Program-made: the position numbers and the translations under genes
Notes under the pieces: generated by a model
Databases searched by the model: none
Told to the model about the DNA's origin: nothing
Seen by the model: only the letters and a program-made list of their open reading frames with translations
Shown: piece after piece, positions 62,148-64,000 of the stretch
Numbering within the stretch: position 1 is the first letter of the stretch
Layout: each line of letters begins with the position of its first letter
NCBI RefSeq assembly: GCF_006345805.1
Contig: NC_043003.1
Coordinates: 63,302,001 to 63,366,000, forward strand
Reading direction: 5' to 3'
Length of the DNA: 64,000 nt
Source of the DNA: Octopus sinensis
Taxonomy: Eukaryota

Positions 62148-63546
62148 TCAGTAACCTTTCATAGTGGCGTCTCCAAGCTCTTCTCTTTGCATCCTCATTT
62201 AGCGCAAGTGAACCATCCTCCATGCGAACACATTTCTCTCCTACCACATCACGATTCTCTCTCACACACTGTCTTGCAACACGAAATACCTCAAGTCTTT
62301 CATCCTCACGGCGCAGGACATTGGCAAATTTTCTCTTATCTGCTTCCCCTCTGGCTAGATAGACCTGTCTCCTAGCTTCCCTTCTGGCAGTCTGATACCC
62401 TTCCCTGCTACCACCGTTCTTCCAGGCCTTCCAAGCCTGTTTCTTTTGTCTAATAGCCCTGTCAACAATATTGTTCCACCACCACGTTATTTTGGGTCTT
62501 AAGGGGACTTTGCACCAGCCACAGATCTGGTCAGCGGCTTTCAGCAGGTTGTCCCTCAGAAACGTCCAGTTGTCTTCTACCCCATGTGTAGCTATACCCC
62601 CTTCCACTTCGTCAAAGGCTTCAAGTAACATATCTCTAAATCTCTGTCCATTCGCAGGGGCTTTAAGCTTCCAGACCCTTCTTCTCCATGTTGGTCGTCT
62701 TCTAGTCGCCCTCTTAGTCCTGATCCTAAAGTCACTAACTACCAGTCTATGTTGTGGGGTGCATTCTTCGCCTGGGAAGGTTTTGGCATTTTTAAGCAGC
62801 CATCTTTCCCTTTTTCTGGCAAGGATGTAGTCGATTTGGCTAGTATGCCGGCCCGATCGGTAGGTGACCAGGTGGCTTGTTGGTTTCCTGAAGTTAGTGT
62901 TGCAGACCATAAGACTATTCGCATCGCAGAACTCCAGCAGCCTGGTTCCCTCCTCGTTGCGGGAACCATAACCGTAGCCTCCATGTACGCCATGGAAGCC
63001 CCCAGCATGTCGTCCAACATGCCCATTGAAATCACCAGCCACAAAGAGAAGGTCCCTGTCGTTCGTCGATGAGGTGGTCTGCAGTAGGGTGTCATAGAAA
63101 CTGTCTTTCTGTCCATCGGGTAGCCCTGGCTGAGGGGCATAGGCCGATATAATGGTTGCTAATCTATTATGAAGCACTATTCTAATCTTAAGTATTCTGT
63201 CACTTACTCTGATTACCTCAATTACTCTATCTATCCATTTCTCAGCGATAATTAATCCCACGCCACCAACCCCGTCAGTGTTCCCTGCCCAGAAAATCTT
63301 GTACCTGTGTCCCTTGCCTGTGAGGACCCTAGCAGATCCTCCTCTCCACCTTATTTCTTGCATACAACATACATCAACACGTCTCCGTTCAAGCATCTCG
63401 ACTATCTCGCCAGACCTACCTTTCAATGTGCCAACGTTGAGGGTGCCTACCCTGAGGGTGTGGGAGGTGTGGGCCTCTGAGACCCTGGGATGAGGGGCCG
63501 CAGTGTTCTGTACCTGAAAAGAAAGCTTGCATTTGCCAGATATCAT
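62104..63546 (-). CDS. RTE ORF N-terminal part: apurinic-like endonuclease (frameshifted at ~62122)
   Basis: GTLNVGTL, CMQEIRW, ISAYAPQ, VAGDFNGH, SQIDYIL and PQHRLV motifs. ATG at 63546. Confidence 0.92.
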   Translation of the reverse strand: MISGKCKLSFQVQNTAAPHPRVSEAHTSHTLRVGTLNVGTLKGRSGEIVEMLERRRVDVCCMQEIRWRGGSARVLTGKGHRYKIFWAGNTDGVGGVGLIIAEKWIDRVIEVIRVSDRILKIRIVLHNRLATIISAYAPQPGLPDGQKDSFYDTLLQTTSSTNDRDLLFVAGDFNGHVGRHAGGFHGVHGGYGYGSRNEEGTRLLEFCDANSLMVCNTNFRKPTSHLVTYRSGRHTSQIDYILARKRERWLLKNAKTFPGEECTPQHRLVVSDFRIRTKRATRRRPTWRRRVWKLKAPANGQRFRDMLLEAFDEVEGGIATHGVEDNWTFLRDNLLKAADQICGWCKVPLRPKITWWWNNIVDRAIRQKKQAWKAWKNGGSREGYQTARREARRQVYLARGEADKRKFANVLRREDERLEVFRVARQCVRENRDVVGEKCVRMEDGSLALNEDAKRRAWRRHYERLLNEENEWDKEESAEC

Positions 63547-63658
63547 ACTGAGACTCTAGACTACAACCTGCATAAATTTCAAAGTTCTTGCGCTATATGA
63601 TCACAATAAACCCTACATAGGGGTGCGGGGGGTCAAGAAAGATAGATAGAAAACAGAA

Positions 63659-63667
63659 ACTTCCGGT
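63659..63667. promoter_or_regulatory. ETS consensus motif in the putative RTE 5' UTR
   Basis: ACTTCCGGT (reverse complement ACCGGAAGT). Confidence 0.35.
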
Positions 63668-63910
63668 TCTGGTAGAGGGGTGGGAGGGCTGGGTCACCTC
63701 CAAGGAACAACAGGTTTTAAGTTAATACGTAGGGAATTTTCTGCGACAGAAATTACTGAACATCTAGAAACTTCGGGGTTCGATTAAAACATAATATAAA
63801 TAGGAGAGAGGGAGAATATTGTAGTGAATTCTGGGGATGGAATAACAACGGGATGACACTGAAATTAAAGGAGGAATTTAAAATGCATGACAGACAGGAA
63901 GCCATGCATA

Positions 63911-63920
63911 CAAGATGGCG
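63911..63920. promoter_or_regulatory. YY1 consensus motif in the putative RTE 5' UTR
   Basis: CAAGATGGCG. Confidence 0.4.
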
Positions 63921-64000
63921 AAACAAATAATAGAGAAACGGGATTTAGGGTTACGAATCAACGCTTAAAAAATGAATATGAATGACAGGTTGTAAGTTAA

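Larger units (their letters stand above)
59602..64000 (-). mobile_element. Near-intact RTE-clade LINE
   Basis: (GAT)n tail at ~59602, ~0.8-kb 3' UTR, APE + RT ORF split by one extra base, and a putative 5' UTR running to or beyond the window end. Confidence 0.95.

Overview
AT-rich, microsatellite-dense animal genomic DNA. The repeat complement looks like an octopod cephalopod genome (inference from SINE/LINE style, not from a search). No host protein-coding gene can be confidently called. Almost all short ORFs in the track are microsatellite or antisense artefacts. The window is a nested mosaic of transposons: a decayed piggyBac with TIRs (8.7-11.0 kb), a decayed Tc1 (25.4-26.5 kb), a Merlin/ISXO2-like element with very long TIRs (28.6-32.1 kb), R4/Dong-like RLE retrotransposons inserted into (AAT)n, a near-intact RTE LINE (59.6-64 kb, one +1 frameshift, PHD-like finger in the RT region) and dozens of tRNA-derived SINEs and RTE 3' tails. 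The main unexplained signal is a set of non-coding repeats carrying type I hammerhead ribozyme motifs, in four unrelated families (about 24.4-25.3, 48.9/51.9, 52.5 and 57.5-59.2 kb). The three complete loci share a tails-out inverted architecture. One family appears to be a tRNA-headed (Pol III) tandem hammerhead unit, inserted as a single block with an approximately 12-bp target-site duplication. Ribozyme calls come from manual base-pairing only; activity is untested. Many boundaries are approximate.
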